Source of the DNA: an uncultured Planctomycetota bacterium
GTDB lineage: Bacteria; Planctomycetota; Phycisphaerae; Tepidisphaerales; Tepidisphaeraceae
Direction of reading: 5' to 3'
DNA: 64,000 bases
Assembly: GCA_963841915.1 (NCBI GenBank)
Contig: CAWJEN010000005.1
Location: 64,001 to 128,000 of the forward strand
Shown: in pieces, positions 11,274 through 20,945 of the stretch
Layout of the letters: each line of letters starts with the position of its first letter
Numbering within the stretch: the stretch's first letter is position 1
Position numbers and translations under genes: made by a program
Notes under the pieces: model-generated
The model's database searches: none
What the model saw: the letters and a program-made list of their open reading frames with translations, nothing else
Told to the model about the DNA's origin: nothing

Positions 11274-11855
11274 ATGCGTCACGTCATCAGCGCCCTTGTC
11301 ACCAATGAACCCGGCGTCCTCGCCAGCGTCGCCGGTATGTTCGCCGCCCGCGGCTTTAACATCGATTCCCTCGTCGTTGGCAGAACCGAGGACGACGAGC
11401 TGTCACGCATGACCGTTATCGTCGAGGGTGATCAAAACGTCATCCGTCAGGTCGAACGGCAGCTTGCCAAGCTCGTGCCCGTCGCACGCGTCCGAAACCT
11501 GACAGAGACGGCCTATGTCGAGCGCGACCTCGCCCTCATCAAGGTCGATGCCCCGCCGGAGAAGCGGCACGAGATCACCGAGCTGTGCAACATGTTCCGC
11601 GGCAACGTCGTCGACGTCGGCCCCGAGAGCATCACGATCGAAATCAGCGGCCGTGAGGAGAAGGTCGAAGCATTTGTCGATCTCGTCGGGCAGTACGGCG
11701 TCACCGAGCTTGCCCGCACGGGCGTGATCGCCATCGCTCGCGGCATGCAGAGTCAGCGGCTGGCCAGTCGCTTTGCCCGAAAAGGTGAAGAAGGTCCGGC
11801 CAAGCGTGAGCGCAGCTTTGCCAACAGCAGCGGCGACGCCCTGCCACCGAGCTGA
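11274..11855 (+). CDS. ilvH: Acetolactate synthase small regulatory subunit
   Basis: MRHVISALVTNEPGVL...FAARGFNIDSL, ELARTG. Confidence 0.92.
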   Translation: MRHVISALVTNEPGVLASVAGMFAARGFNIDSLVVGRTEDDELSRMTVIVEGDQNVIRQVERQLAKLVPVARVRNLTETAYVERDLALIKVDAPPEKRHEITELCNMFRGNVVDVGPESITIEISGREEKVEAFVDLVGQYGVTELARTGVIAIARGMQSQRLASRFARKGEEGPAKRERSFANSSGDALPPS

Positions 11856-11872
11856 GGCCGTAGCGTGCCGGC

Positions 11873-12895
11873 GTGCGTGCCGACGACCTCGATTTCGACC
11901 TGCCGCCGAAGCTCATCGCCCAGCGGCCGGCCAACCGTCGCCAGGACGCTCGCCTGCTCACCTTCGACCGCACCACCTGCAACGCAGGTCACCGGACCAT
12001 CAGCGACCTGCCGTCGCTTTTGCGGGCGGGGGATGTGCTTGTCTTCAACGACGCCCGTGTCACACCGGCCAAGTTCAGCCTGATCAAGCCAACCGGCGGA
12101 CGCGTGGGAGGCCTGTTTCTTGAGGAGTCGGCAGGCGGCCGCTGGGTCGCGTTGTTGAAGTCGCCTGGTCCGGTACGGCCGGACGGAGTGTGGTCGTTTG
12201 CAGCCGGTGGCCCGCCGCTTCGCGTCGTCGAAAAGCTGGGCGGCGGGCGTTACCTGCTCGAGGTCGACGACGACCGACCGGCCGAGACAGTGCTGGGCGA
12301 GGTCGGTCAAATGCCGCTGCCGCCTTACGTTGATCGGCCTGCCGACGACGCCGACGCAGAGCGGTATCAGACCGTGTTCGCGACCACGCCCGGCAGCGTC
12401 GCCGCCCCGACAGCCGGGCTGCACTTCACGCCCGACCTGCTCGCCGCACTCGACGCGGCAGGCGTCATTCGCACGACGCTCACGCTTCACGTCGGCATCG
12501 GCACGTTTCGTCCCGTCTCGGCAGACGACCTCGATGAACACGAGATGCACACCGAGCGGTACAGCCTGCCCGCATCGTGCTGCAAGATCATCAATGCCGC
12601 CAAAGCCGAGGGTCGCCGCGTCGTCAGCGTCGGCACGACGACTGCCCGCGTGCTCGAAAGCCAGCCGGCCGGCGAGCTGCAGCCGTGCGACGCTTCCACG
12701 AACCTGCTGATTCAGCCGCCCTACGTGTGGAAGCACGTCAAAGGCCTGCTGACAAACTTCCATCTGCCACGCAGCACGCTGATCGCCCTCGTCGCCGGCC
12801 TGATCGGGCTGGAAGAACAACGCCGCCTGTATCACGAAGCAATCGAGCAGAACTATCGCTTCTTCAGTTACGGCGACGCCATGCTGCTGACGTGA
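11873..12895 (+). CDS. queA: SAM:tRNA ribosyltransferase-isomerase QueA
   Basis: DFDLPPKLIAQRP, MPLPPY, SVAAPTAGLHFT, TNFHLPRSTL, YRFFSYGDAM. Confidence 0.96.
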   Translation: MRADDLDFDLPPKLIAQRPANRRQDARLLTFDRTTCNAGHRTISDLPSLLRAGDVLVFNDARVTPAKFSLIKPTGGRVGGLFLEESAGGRWVALLKSPGPVRPDGVWSFAAGGPPLRVVEKLGGGRYLLEVDDDRPAETVLGEVGQMPLPPYVDRPADDADAERYQTVFATTPGSVAAPTAGLHFTPDLLAALDAAGVIRTTLTLHVGIGTFRPVSADDLDEHEMHTERYSLPASCCKIINAAKAEGRRVVSVGTTTARVLESQPAGELQPCDASTNLLIQPPYVWKHVKGLLTNFHLPRSTLIALVAGLIGLEEQRRLYHEAIEQNYRFFSYGDAMLLT

Positions 12896-12916
12896 CCGGC
12901 AATGACAACCCGCTCC

Positions 12917-13525
12917 TTACTTCGGCTGCGTCGCGGGACCGATCGACTTCAAGCTGCCGAGGAAGATCGATGGCCCTACCGCCGCCTGGGCCTCTTCGAA
13001 TGTCGCGAAGTCGCCGGCTTCAATGCGCGTTGCGAGTTCGCCCAGAGCCTCACTCATCGCAGCCGCTTGTGATGCCGACACGGCCTCCTCGACGTAAGGC
13101 CGAAGGTCGACAGCCCATCCGTCCGCCTGCCGGACAAGTTCGACCGCACGGCCGAAGTCGTCACGGATGTAGATCGAATCGACCGGTCGCGGATAGGCCT
13201 CCGGGTCGGCGGCAAACGGTGCCGGCAGCGGGTGCAACGTCATCGGCTGCCCAAAGGCCTTGCGGCTTGCGGCGTCGAGGCGGCCCGTCGCGTCGAGCAG
13301 CACGAAAACCGGCGTCGCCGCCTGCCCTGCCGGCAGGATCACGAGTTCGGCAAATGCTTCAGGATCTTCCGCATCGCCCGCCCGCTGAACCGCCGCCAAT
13401 GTCGCGGTTGCGGCCATGAGCTTGTGGCTCCAAGCGGCCGTGCGAAAGACGTGTGCGGTCCATGCCGCTACACCGCCGATGATGACGGCCGCGAGCAGCG
13501 TCAGCAGCACGGACCGTCGGTTCAA
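12917..13525 (-). CDS. Hypothetical membrane-anchored protein
   Basis: N-terminal hydrophobic segment; start overlaps the upstream stop. Confidence 0.55.
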   Translation of the reverse strand: MNRRSVLLTLLAAVIIGGVAAWTAHVFRTAAWSHKLMAATATLAAVQRAGDAEDPEAFAELVILPAGQAATPVFVLLDATGRLDAASRKAFGQPMTLHPLPAPFAADPEAYPRPVDSIYIRDDFGRAVELVRQADGWAVDLRPYVEEAVSASQAAAMSEALGELATRIEAGDFATFEEAQAAVGPSIFLGSLKSIGPATQPK

Positions 13526-14616
13526 TTGGGTTTCTCCAGGTAACCCCGCTCGCCAAAGTAGTCGATCGCTTCCTGCACGCCGCGGAAGACTTTGGTGGCG
13601 GTCTCGGTGATGAACGGGCTGGGCGGCCTCTTGGGCATCCAGACGACAAAGACCTCTTTGCCGCCCTCCCAGGCATGGTGCAGCTCTCGTTCGACGCCGC
13701 TCGACAGGCCGGGACCGCCTCCGGGCAGCTCGGGCACGAGGCTGACAATCATGTCGCTTTGGTCGACCATCTTGAAGTCGCGGGCGTAAATCTGGCCCAT
13801 GATGTCGCCGGAGATGTCCAGCACTTGCTGCGTTGGAAGCGTCGTCGGCCCGTCGGCAGCTTCGACCGTCACCGTCGGCTCACCGGCGTCGCGGGCCGCT
13901 TCGCCCTTCGTGTGCAGGACGAACTCGTCGACGTCGGCCGGGTCGAAGCAGATAAAGTGCTCGTACAGGGCTTCCTTGAACCGCTCAATCTCCGCCAGCG
14001 TATCGGGCAGGTCCATCACATGTGTCATCGGGAATGACGGGTAGACCTTCTTCCGCCACGGCTCGAACATCATGCGGTAGACGGTCTTGGCCGTGAGCTT
14101 CTCCCGGCCGCGACTGATCATGTAAAAATGGCCGTGCCCTTTCTGAATGTTGGCCAGAATCTCCGTGGCCAGCAGCTCTTCCTCGCGCCAGACCATGATG
14201 TCCTTGAGCGTGTGCTCGACGTTCCCGTGATCCCGGCTGAGGCGTTGGTGGACGCTCTCGGCGTTGTCGAGCAGCGTCATGTAAACATCTGGGTTAAACG
14301 CCTGCATCTGGTCATAGTCGAATGCGCTGAACAAGCCGTGCCGCCAGCGAAAGGTGGCGTGGGTGTTGACGAGCACGTTGGGCTCGCGGTCGCTGATCCG
14401 CAGGATCTCTTTGAAGGCGGCCCGGCGGAGCGTGTTGAGGCGCGTGATCGGCAGGTTCAGGATGCGACCGCGGGGCACGTCGGGTGCCTCGTCGTACATC
14501 ATGTCACCCACGTGACAGACGGTCAGCTTGTGCCCATTGTCGTGGGCGTGTTGTTGGACGAGGTCGAGATAGGGCTTCTTCTCGACGCCGACCTGGCCGG
14601 TGAAAATCGAACGCAT
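13522..14616 (-). CDS. Archaeal adenylate-kinase-like P-loop domain fused to a nucleoside 2-deoxyribosyltransferase-like domain
   Basis: N: TGQVGVEKK, VGDMM, VNTHATFRWRHG; C: VYPSFPMT, RDFKMVDQSDMIV, SSGVERELHHAWEGGKEV. Confidence 0.65.
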   Translation of the reverse strand: MRSIFTGQVGVEKKPYLDLVQQHAHDNGHKLTVCHVGDMMYDEAPDVPRGRILNLPITRLNTLRRAAFKEILRISDREPNVLVNTHATFRWRHGLFSAFDYDQMQAFNPDVYMTLLDNAESVHQRLSRDHGNVEHTLKDIMVWREEELLATEILANIQKGHGHFYMISRGREKLTAKTVYRMMFEPWRKKVYPSFPMTHVMDLPDTLAEIERFKEALYEHFICFDPADVDEFVLHTKGEAARDAGEPTVTVEAADGPTTLPTQQVLDISGDIMGQIYARDFKMVDQSDMIVSLVPELPGGGPGLSSGVERELHHAWEGGKEVFVVWMPKRPPSPFITETATKVFRGVQEAIDYFGERGYLEKPN

Positions 14617-14617
14617 G

Positions 14618-15517
14618 TCACACCCTACGCGGCTGCGCGACCGATGCTTGCTGCTCGTGCAACGCGAGGCGGTCTCGCAAGGTCGCCGCCCGCTCGAAGT
14701 CTTCGGAGGCAACCGCCTTGTTCAATTGCCGCTTGAGTTTGCGACGCATCGACTCAGGCACCTGCTCGCGAAGTCGACGCGTGACCTGCTTCAGCGCGGC
14801 GACCTCGCTGCTTTCGGTGTAGGCAATTCTGCCGTCACCTAACCGGCGGAAGTGCCTCTTGATCCGCCGCTGGGCTGAATTGATGAGCTTCAGAGCCGTC
14901 CGCACGTCGCCCTCTGCCGTCGCTTTGGCCGACTCGGCACGGGCGAGCATCATCACTGCGTAAGGCAACCAACGACGCAGCGACAAGAGCGAGGGCGACG
15001 TCGGCGAGGCGTGCGACTGGGCAAACTCGATGGCCGCCAGGTGATGCCGGGCGTCGCGGGCGACGCGGTTCCAACGGCCCATGCCAAACCAGGCGAGGTA
15101 TCGCTTGGCGTAGAGCCGGCCCTCACAGTCGAGCTCAGCTGCGTCGGACTCACCGATGCCGAACGACTCGTGCCGATTGCACCCGCGACGGTGAGCCGCG
15201 AGCGACTGACGCAGCCGGGCCAATGCAGTTTTTTCGGTTGGCACCCCGTCAGGCCGACCCACGGCCCGCATCTGGAGCATGCCGAGCTCGACGCGGACCT
15301 GAAGTTCGACCTCGCCGCTTGCGGTACGAATAAGACGAGCTGCCGACCCGTCGGCCTGACCCTCGTCGCAAGGCCAGGTGGCCAGCAATTCGGTCATGTC
15401 ACGGGCATCCTGGCCGGTCGCCGGTTGATCGACGGCTGCCGGGTCGGGCATGACCTCGACGACCGGCTCGAGGTCGCGGGGGTTGATCGTGTCGTGGGTC
15501 CGCGTCGTGGTTCGCAT
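14618..15517 (-). CDS. UvrB/UvrC (UVR) motif-containing protein
   Basis: C-terminal LKRQLNKAVASEDFERAATLRDRL; LQVRVELGMLQM...GRPDG. Confidence 0.75.
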   Translation of the reverse strand: MRTTTRTHDTINPRDLEPVVEVMPDPAAVDQPATGQDARDMTELLATWPCDEGQADGSAARLIRTASGEVELQVRVELGMLQMRAVGRPDGVPTEKTALARLRQSLAAHRRGCNRHESFGIGESDAAELDCEGRLYAKRYLAWFGMGRWNRVARDARHHLAAIEFAQSHASPTSPSLLSLRRWLPYAVMMLARAESAKATAEGDVRTALKLINSAQRRIKRHFRRLGDGRIAYTESSEVAALKQVTRRLREQVPESMRRKLKRQLNKAVASEDFERAATLRDRLALHEQQASVAQPRRV

Positions 15518-15711
15518 AGCGTCGGCTGGAAGAATCGTGCCTCGTCGGGTCCGCTCCGCGGCGGATCTGATCAGTCGCTCCGCAAAGAACTCTAACCCGC
15601 GGCGCGCGCCGCGCGCATGACAACATGGCGCGCAACATGTCGCCGAGCACGCTCCAATTTTTCTGTTTCGCCGCCTGTCTGCTGGACCACTACCGCTTGC
15701 GTTTGCCACCT

Positions 15712-16932
15712 ATGTCGATACCAGATGCCATCGTTGAACACGTCGTCCGCACGGATGAGGAAGAGCTGGTCGACGTCGCCGCCTGGGGCGACATTCCAAT
15801 TGTGTCCACGTTCGGTGAACCGCAAACCGAGTACGCAGCGTTGCACAAGGCGTGCGGCCTTATGGCTCGCGGCGACGTCGGGGTCATCGAGGCGGTTGGC
15901 GAGGAAGCACTTTCCTTTCTCAACAACCTGCTGACGAACGGCCTGATTCAACCCGAGACGAAGCAACCCATGCCCGTCGGCACCGGGTGCCACAGCTTCT
16001 TCTTGAACCTTCGCGGCCGCGTCGTCGCCGATCCAATCGTGGTTCGGACCGGCGACAACAGCGTGCTGATGACGGTCTCTCGGCCTCTTGTCAAGATCCT
16101 TGTCGAGACACTTGATCTGTTCCGCTTTGCAGAGAAGGTGAAGCTTCGCGACGTGTCGGACGAGCAGTATGTGCTGTCGCTGGTGGGCCCGACGGCTGAC
16201 GCGGTGCTGGCAGATGCCGCCGATACGACACCGACGCTGATCGACCGGCCTGACGACTTTCCGGCAACGAGTTTCGTTGCTGCATCCTCCATCAAGTTCT
16301 CCGGGAGCGAAGCCGTGGTCGTCGCCGATGGAATGACTCGCCTTCTGATCGTGCCGAAGGAGACGGCCCTGAGCCTTTGGCAGGACCTGACGACGCGGTT
16401 CGGCGACACGCTGGACGACAGGCGATTCGGGCAGCGTCGCCTGCGGCCGGTCGGCTGGGCGATGTACAACGCTTGGCGGATCGAGCGTGGCGTGCCGGTG
16501 ATGGGTGTCGACTTTGCTCCCGCCCCGCCGAGTCGGCCTGGACCCAAGAAGGACGAAGACGCGCCCGACATGAAAGGCGGCGTCCTGCCTGCCGAAACCG
16601 GGCCGCTCTTCGAGCGTTGCGTCAGCGTCACCAGTGGCTGCTATCTCGGTCAGGAGGTTGTCGCCCGCATGCATGCCCGGAAGGTGCAGGCCAGGAACAT
16701 CGTCGGCATCAAGATGGATGAAGACGCCCTGCCCTCTGCCGGTGCGCCGGTGGAAGTCGACGACGCCGACGTGGGCCAGGTCACGAGCAGCACGCTGTCG
16801 CCTGTTCGCTCAGCTGCCGTGCTGGCGTTGGCGACGGTGAAGCGGCCGCACTTTGAGGTCGGGACGAAGGTCACGGTCCCCGCCGAGGGCAGGCACGCCA
16901 AGGCGACGGTGGTCGCGTTGCCGTTTGTATAA
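15712..16932 (+). CDS. ygfZ: Folate-binding YgfZ/GcvT-family aminomethyltransferase-like protein
   Basis: GCYLGQEVVARM; FLNNLLTN; RIERGVP. Confidence 0.85.
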   Translation: MSIPDAIVEHVVRTDEEELVDVAAWGDIPIVSTFGEPQTEYAALHKACGLMARGDVGVIEAVGEEALSFLNNLLTNGLIQPETKQPMPVGTGCHSFFLNLRGRVVADPIVVRTGDNSVLMTVSRPLVKILVETLDLFRFAEKVKLRDVSDEQYVLSLVGPTADAVLADAADTTPTLIDRPDDFPATSFVAASSIKFSGSEAVVVADGMTRLLIVPKETALSLWQDLTTRFGDTLDDRRFGQRRLRPVGWAMYNAWRIERGVPVMGVDFAPAPPSRPGPKKDEDAPDMKGGVLPAETGPLFERCVSVTSGCYLGQEVVARMHARKVQARNIVGIKMDEDALPSAGAPVEVDDADVGQVTSSTLSPVRSAAVLALATVKRPHFEVGTKVTVPAEGRHAKATVVALPFV

Positions 16933-16949
16933 GCGGCTGTCGTCGGGCG

Positions 16950-18353
16950 GTGCGCGTGTCCGATAAACGGGTTGTGCCGGCCGTTTCAGAACCAGAACAC
17001 CCGACAATCGTCGCTGTTGTCTCGATGCTCCACGAAGCAGGCGACGGATCGGCCAGACGCTTCATCCGTGACACGGCGGTCCTTCGGCAGACGGTGGATC
17101 GCGTTGCTTCATGCGACTGCATCGACGCGGTCGTCGTGCTTTGCTGGGAAGATCAGGTCGCCGCGGCATCAGGCGTGATGGGCGAGACGGCAAGCATCGT
17201 GCCCGTCGGGCCTCGCGGCACGGACCGGGCGATCGAGCTGGTCCGCCGGAGCCAGGCATGGGCCGACGGCTGGCGTGGCGGCCCGATGATGACGTGTCCG
17301 GCCGATCGCGGCTGGCATGCGACGGCCGTCGAAGCTGTCGCCGACGCAACCGACGCCGCCTTTCTCTACGCCGTCGACGCCTCGTTCGCGCTGCTCGATG
17401 TCGAGCTCACGTCGCGCCTCATCGGCCACGCGATTGCAGCAGCAGCCAAGGCAGAGCCCGTCAGCTTCACGCCCGCGCCGCCCGGGCTTGTCGGCCACGT
17501 CGTGTCACGGGAGGCCGTCTGGCAGCTCGCAAGCCAGGCCGACGCCAAGCGGCAACATCCGGGCTCTCTGTTGCACTACCACCCCGATCGGCCGCGCCTC
17601 GACCCGATCGGTCTCGCCGCCAGCTGTGCCGGGCCGTCTTGGCTGACGCACGGCCTCGGGGATTACCGTATCGATACCGACGCGAGAACCTTATTGGCGG
17701 CCGATGTGCCTGCTGATTTGCAATCCCTCATCAGCAACCCTTTGCCGGAGCGTCGCGACGCGACGGTCGACCTGACGACACGTCGGCGGTCGAAGCCGAT
17801 CTGGCTGACCCGTCAGCCGGACTGCGATCTAGATCTTGAAGCTCTGACTGACCTTCGCCACGCCCGCGTGACGCTGGCCGGCCAGGGTGATCCGCTTTTG
17901 CACCCGCAGTTTGCCGAAGCCGTCGCTCACCTTCGCACGCTCGGTGTCGCGTCGATCCACGTCGAGACCGACCTGCTCGGTGCCTTCGACATCGCCACGC
18001 TCACCACGGCTGGCGTCGACATCGTCTCCGTCCACCTGCCCGCCACGACGGCTGCCACCTACGCGGCCGTCATGGGCACCAACGGGATGGCCACCGCACT
18101 GGGGAACCTCGCCCGGCTCATAACCGCCGACACCGGCATGGTGATCGTCCCGACTTTCACGAAGCTCGCCATCAATGTCGGCGAGATGGAGGGCTGGTAC
18201 GACCAGTGGATCCGCCTGGCAGGTGCTGCGGTGATCCGCGGCCCCGACGCGTTCAACATGTCCCCGGCCGACGATGTTTCTTCGTTGGCCGCCGCTCCTA
18301 TCGCCCGCACCGACCGACAACCTGTCGGCACCGTCCTTCGTCCAGCAGCATGA
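16950..18353 (+). CDS. Cytidylyltransferase-like (SpsF) domain fused to a degenerate radical-SAM-like barrel (spiro-SPASM-like, SPASM absent)
   Basis: N-terminal VLRQTVDRVASCDCIDAVVVL; C-terminal TLAGQGDPLLHPQF, IHVETDLL, IVPTFTK...EMEGWYDQW; no CxxxCxxC. Confidence 0.55.
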   Translation: MRVSDKRVVPAVSEPEHPTIVAVVSMLHEAGDGSARRFIRDTAVLRQTVDRVASCDCIDAVVVLCWEDQVAAASGVMGETASIVPVGPRGTDRAIELVRRSQAWADGWRGGPMMTCPADRGWHATAVEAVADATDAAFLYAVDASFALLDVELTSRLIGHAIAAAAKAEPVSFTPAPPGLVGHVVSREAVWQLASQADAKRQHPGSLLHYHPDRPRLDPIGLAASCAGPSWLTHGLGDYRIDTDARTLLAADVPADLQSLISNPLPERRDATVDLTTRRRSKPIWLTRQPDCDLDLEALTDLRHARVTLAGQGDPLLHPQFAEAVAHLRTLGVASIHVETDLLGAFDIATLTTAGVDIVSVHLPATTAATYAAVMGTNGMATALGNLARLITADTGMVIVPTFTKLAINVGEMEGWYDQWIRLAGAAVIRGPDAFNMSPADDVSSLAAAPIARTDRQPVGTVLRPAA

Positions 18354-19099
18354 AGACCTCGTTCAACGTCCTTGGCGTCATCCTCGCCCGTGCCGGCAGC
18401 GTCGGCCTGTCCGACAAGCACCTGCAGCCGCTCCTGGGGCGGCCTGTCATCGAGTGGACGCTCGACCACGTCCGCGCCTCGCCCGGCCTGACCCGCGTCG
18501 TCGTCTCGACTGACTGCCCCACGATCCGCAGGATCGCCCACGCCCGTGGCTTGACGACGATCCACCGGCCGGCCGAGCTGGCAACGAGCGAGGCCAGCGT
18601 ACAGGATGCACTGCTTCACGCCCTCGACGAAGTCGAGCGGCACGGCAGCTTCACCGCCGACGCTGTCGCCTGCGTGTATGGCAACGTGCCCGCCCGCCCC
18701 GACGACGTCTCCGACCGTTGCATCGACAAGCTCCGCCAGACCGGTTGCTGCTCGGTCCGCTCGTACTCGCCCGTCGGTAAGTGGCACCCGCAGTGGATGA
18801 GCGAGCTCGATGACAACGGCGTCGTCCACCCGCTCGCCGCTGGCAGCATCGACCGCCGCCAAGACCTCAAGCCTCTGTTCCTGCACGACGGGGCAGGCCT
18901 CGTCATGCGTCGCCAAGCCCTTGAGTTGGGCCGCACGAGGCGCAAAGACCCCCACGCCATGTTCGGCACCGACCGTCGCGGCATCGAGGTCGCCATCGGC
19001 TCTGCGGTTGAAGTCGACACCGCTCGTGACCTGTCGATTGCCGAGGCGACCCTCCGTAGCCGCGGGTACGGCCGACCGACCGTCCGACTCGCCGCCTGA
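18350..19099 (+). CDS. neuA: Acylneuraminate cytidylyltransferase family protein
   Basis: ILARAGSVGLSDKH, VVVSTD, RPAELA, VEVDTARDL; ATGA overlap with upstream gene. Confidence 0.85.
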   Translation: MKTSFNVLGVILARAGSVGLSDKHLQPLLGRPVIEWTLDHVRASPGLTRVVVSTDCPTIRRIAHARGLTTIHRPAELATSEASVQDALLHALDEVERHGSFTADAVACVYGNVPARPDDVSDRCIDKLRQTGCCSVRSYSPVGKWHPQWMSELDDNGVVHPLAAGSIDRRQDLKPLFLHDGAGLVMRRQALELGRTRRKDPHAMFGTDRRGIEVAIGSAVEVDTARDLSIAEATLRSRGYGRPTVRLAA

Positions 19100-19142
19100 T
19101 CATCCAGATTAGTCGCAACCACCTCCAGCCGATACACCGCCC

Positions 19143-20243
19143 ATGCACATCACGCCTGACTCCAGCAGCCGATTGCACCTCGACATCGCCGGCCACGTCG
19201 TCGGTGCCGGTGAGCCTGCATTCCTGATCGCCGAGATCGGCGTCAACCACGACGGCCGACGTGACACGGCCATGCGGCTCGTCGAAGCCGCCTGGGAAGG
19301 CGGTGCAGATGCCGTCAAGTTGCAGGTGTTTTCGGCAGGTAAGCTGGTCCACCCGCGTGCACGGCTTGCGGCGTACCAGGTGGCGACAGGTGCTGCGTCT
19401 CCAAACGAGTTGCTCAAAAGGCTCGAACTCGACGACGAAACGCTCGGCGACGTCGTCGGGGCGATTCGGCAGGCGGGCATGATCCCGATCGCGACGCCCT
19501 TTTCACCTGATGACGTGGATCGCGTCGCCGACCTGCAGCTACCGGCCGTGAAGCTGGCTTCGCCTGATATCATCAACGGGCTGCTGATCAACGCGGTGTC
19601 GGAGCTGAAGCTGCCGATGTTGCTCAGCACTGGCGCGTCGACGCAGGCGGAGATCGACCAGACGGTGTTCAAGCTCACCGAGCAGGACGCGGCCTTTGCC
19701 CTGTTGCACTGCGTCAGCAGCTATCCGACGGCAGACGGTGACGCGGGGCTTGCCAGAATCACCGACTTGGCTGCGCGCTATGCCTGCGTCGTCGGCTACA
19801 GCGACCACACGGAGAACCTGTCGGCGGGCGCATTGGCCGTCGCAGCGGGGGCAAAGATCGTCGAGAAACACCTGACGCACAACCGAAGCGCCCGCGGCCC
19901 GGACCATGCCGCCAGTGCAGACCCGCGGCAGTTCATCGAGTACGCTCACCGACTACGCGAGGCGGAGTCGCTGCTGGGTGCAAGTTCGGCGCGCACGCCG
20001 CTCGAGGCAGAGCTGGACGTGCGGAGCCAAAGCCGTCAGTCGCTCGTGGCCAAGACGACGCTGCCGGCCGGCTCGATCGTGACGCGGGAGTCATTGACAT
20101 GTCAGCGCCCTGGTACGGGTGTGAGCGTTGCGAAGCTTGAAGACATCGTCGGCATGATTGTCACCCGCAAAGTGCCTGCCGGCGCGATGCTCGATTGGGC
20201 GGACGTCAATGTCGCCGGATCGGCGACACAATTGGCTGCCTGA
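19143..20243 (+). CDS. neuB: N-acetylneuraminate (nonulosonate) synthase family protein
   Basis: IAEIGVNHDG, GADAVKLQ, LHCVSSYPT, GYSDHT, EKHLT, GPDH; C-terminal SAF domain. Confidence 0.92.
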   Translation: MHITPDSSSRLHLDIAGHVVGAGEPAFLIAEIGVNHDGRRDTAMRLVEAAWEGGADAVKLQVFSAGKLVHPRARLAAYQVATGAASPNELLKRLELDDETLGDVVGAIRQAGMIPIATPFSPDDVDRVADLQLPAVKLASPDIINGLLINAVSELKLPMLLSTGASTQAEIDQTVFKLTEQDAAFALLHCVSSYPTADGDAGLARITDLAARYACVVGYSDHTENLSAGALAVAAGAKIVEKHLTHNRSARGPDHAASADPRQFIEYAHRLREAESLLGASSARTPLEAELDVRSQSRQSLVAKTTLPAGSIVTRESLTCQRPGTGVSVAKLEDIVGMIVTRKVPAGAMLDWADVNVAGSATQLAA

Positions 20244-20258
20244 CGGTGAGGCTGTCAC

Positions 20259-20843
20259 CTAGTTGAAGATCAGCGTCTGCCCAGCGGCAACACCCAGGCC
20301 GATGGCTGCAAAGAGAACTAGCCCGGCCAGGGCGAACAGCTCCATCGTCAGCAGCGACATGATTTCGCCTTGATCGCGGTTACCCGCTTCTGCAGCTTCG
20401 GCGGCGGCTTCGAGGTCGTCTGCGACCTCGACGTACCGCTCGCGGTGACCCGCCGCCCGGGGTCGCACGACGCGCGAGCCATAGCCAGCCACAACGGCCG
20501 CGATGACGAGCAACCCCGTGCGCACGGCCGGGAGCAGGATGTCGCCGCCGTTGTTGAGGATGACGATCCACTCACCGAGCTGGGCGAATGTCATCGCGAC
20601 CATCGCGACGAGCTCGATCGGCCACAGGCGTTTTAGCAGGTCATCGACGATCTGCCCCCCGAGCAACGCCGAGTGTCGGCCGTCAAGATTTACGCTCAGC
20701 ACCGTCGGCAGCGTCGGATCCGCCCGCTCAACCGCGGCATGAATGATGGGCACCGCGAGCACGAGAAACAACGTCGCCCCGAACCACGCTGCCAGCGCAA
20801 ACCAGTACAAGATCGCCACAAGCGTCAGAGCAGAAGGTTCCAC
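20259..20843 (-). CDS. Multi-pass membrane protein (DUF4149-like)
   Basis: Four hydrophobic helices; AWFGATLF. Confidence 0.6.
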   Translation of the reverse strand: MEPSALTLVAILYWFALAAWFGATLFLVLAVPIIHAAVERADPTLPTVLSVNLDGRHSALLGGQIVDDLLKRLWPIELVAMVAMTFAQLGEWIVILNNGGDILLPAVRTGLLVIAAVVAGYGSRVVRPRAAGHRERYVEVADDLEAAAEAAEAGNRDQGEIMSLLTMELFALAGLVLFAAIGLGVAAGQTLIFN

Positions 20844-20945
20844 GTGGCAAGCCTATCCGGTCTTCGGCTGGTCATTGGCATGGGACCGTCGCTGCGCCGT
20901 TGAACGACCTGCAGCTAAAGCAACGCTTATTGGGAGATCGAACTC

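Noticed and set aside
20836..20851. parS-like GGTTCCACGTGGCAAG
   Set aside because: Four mismatches to the local consensus and overlaps a start codon
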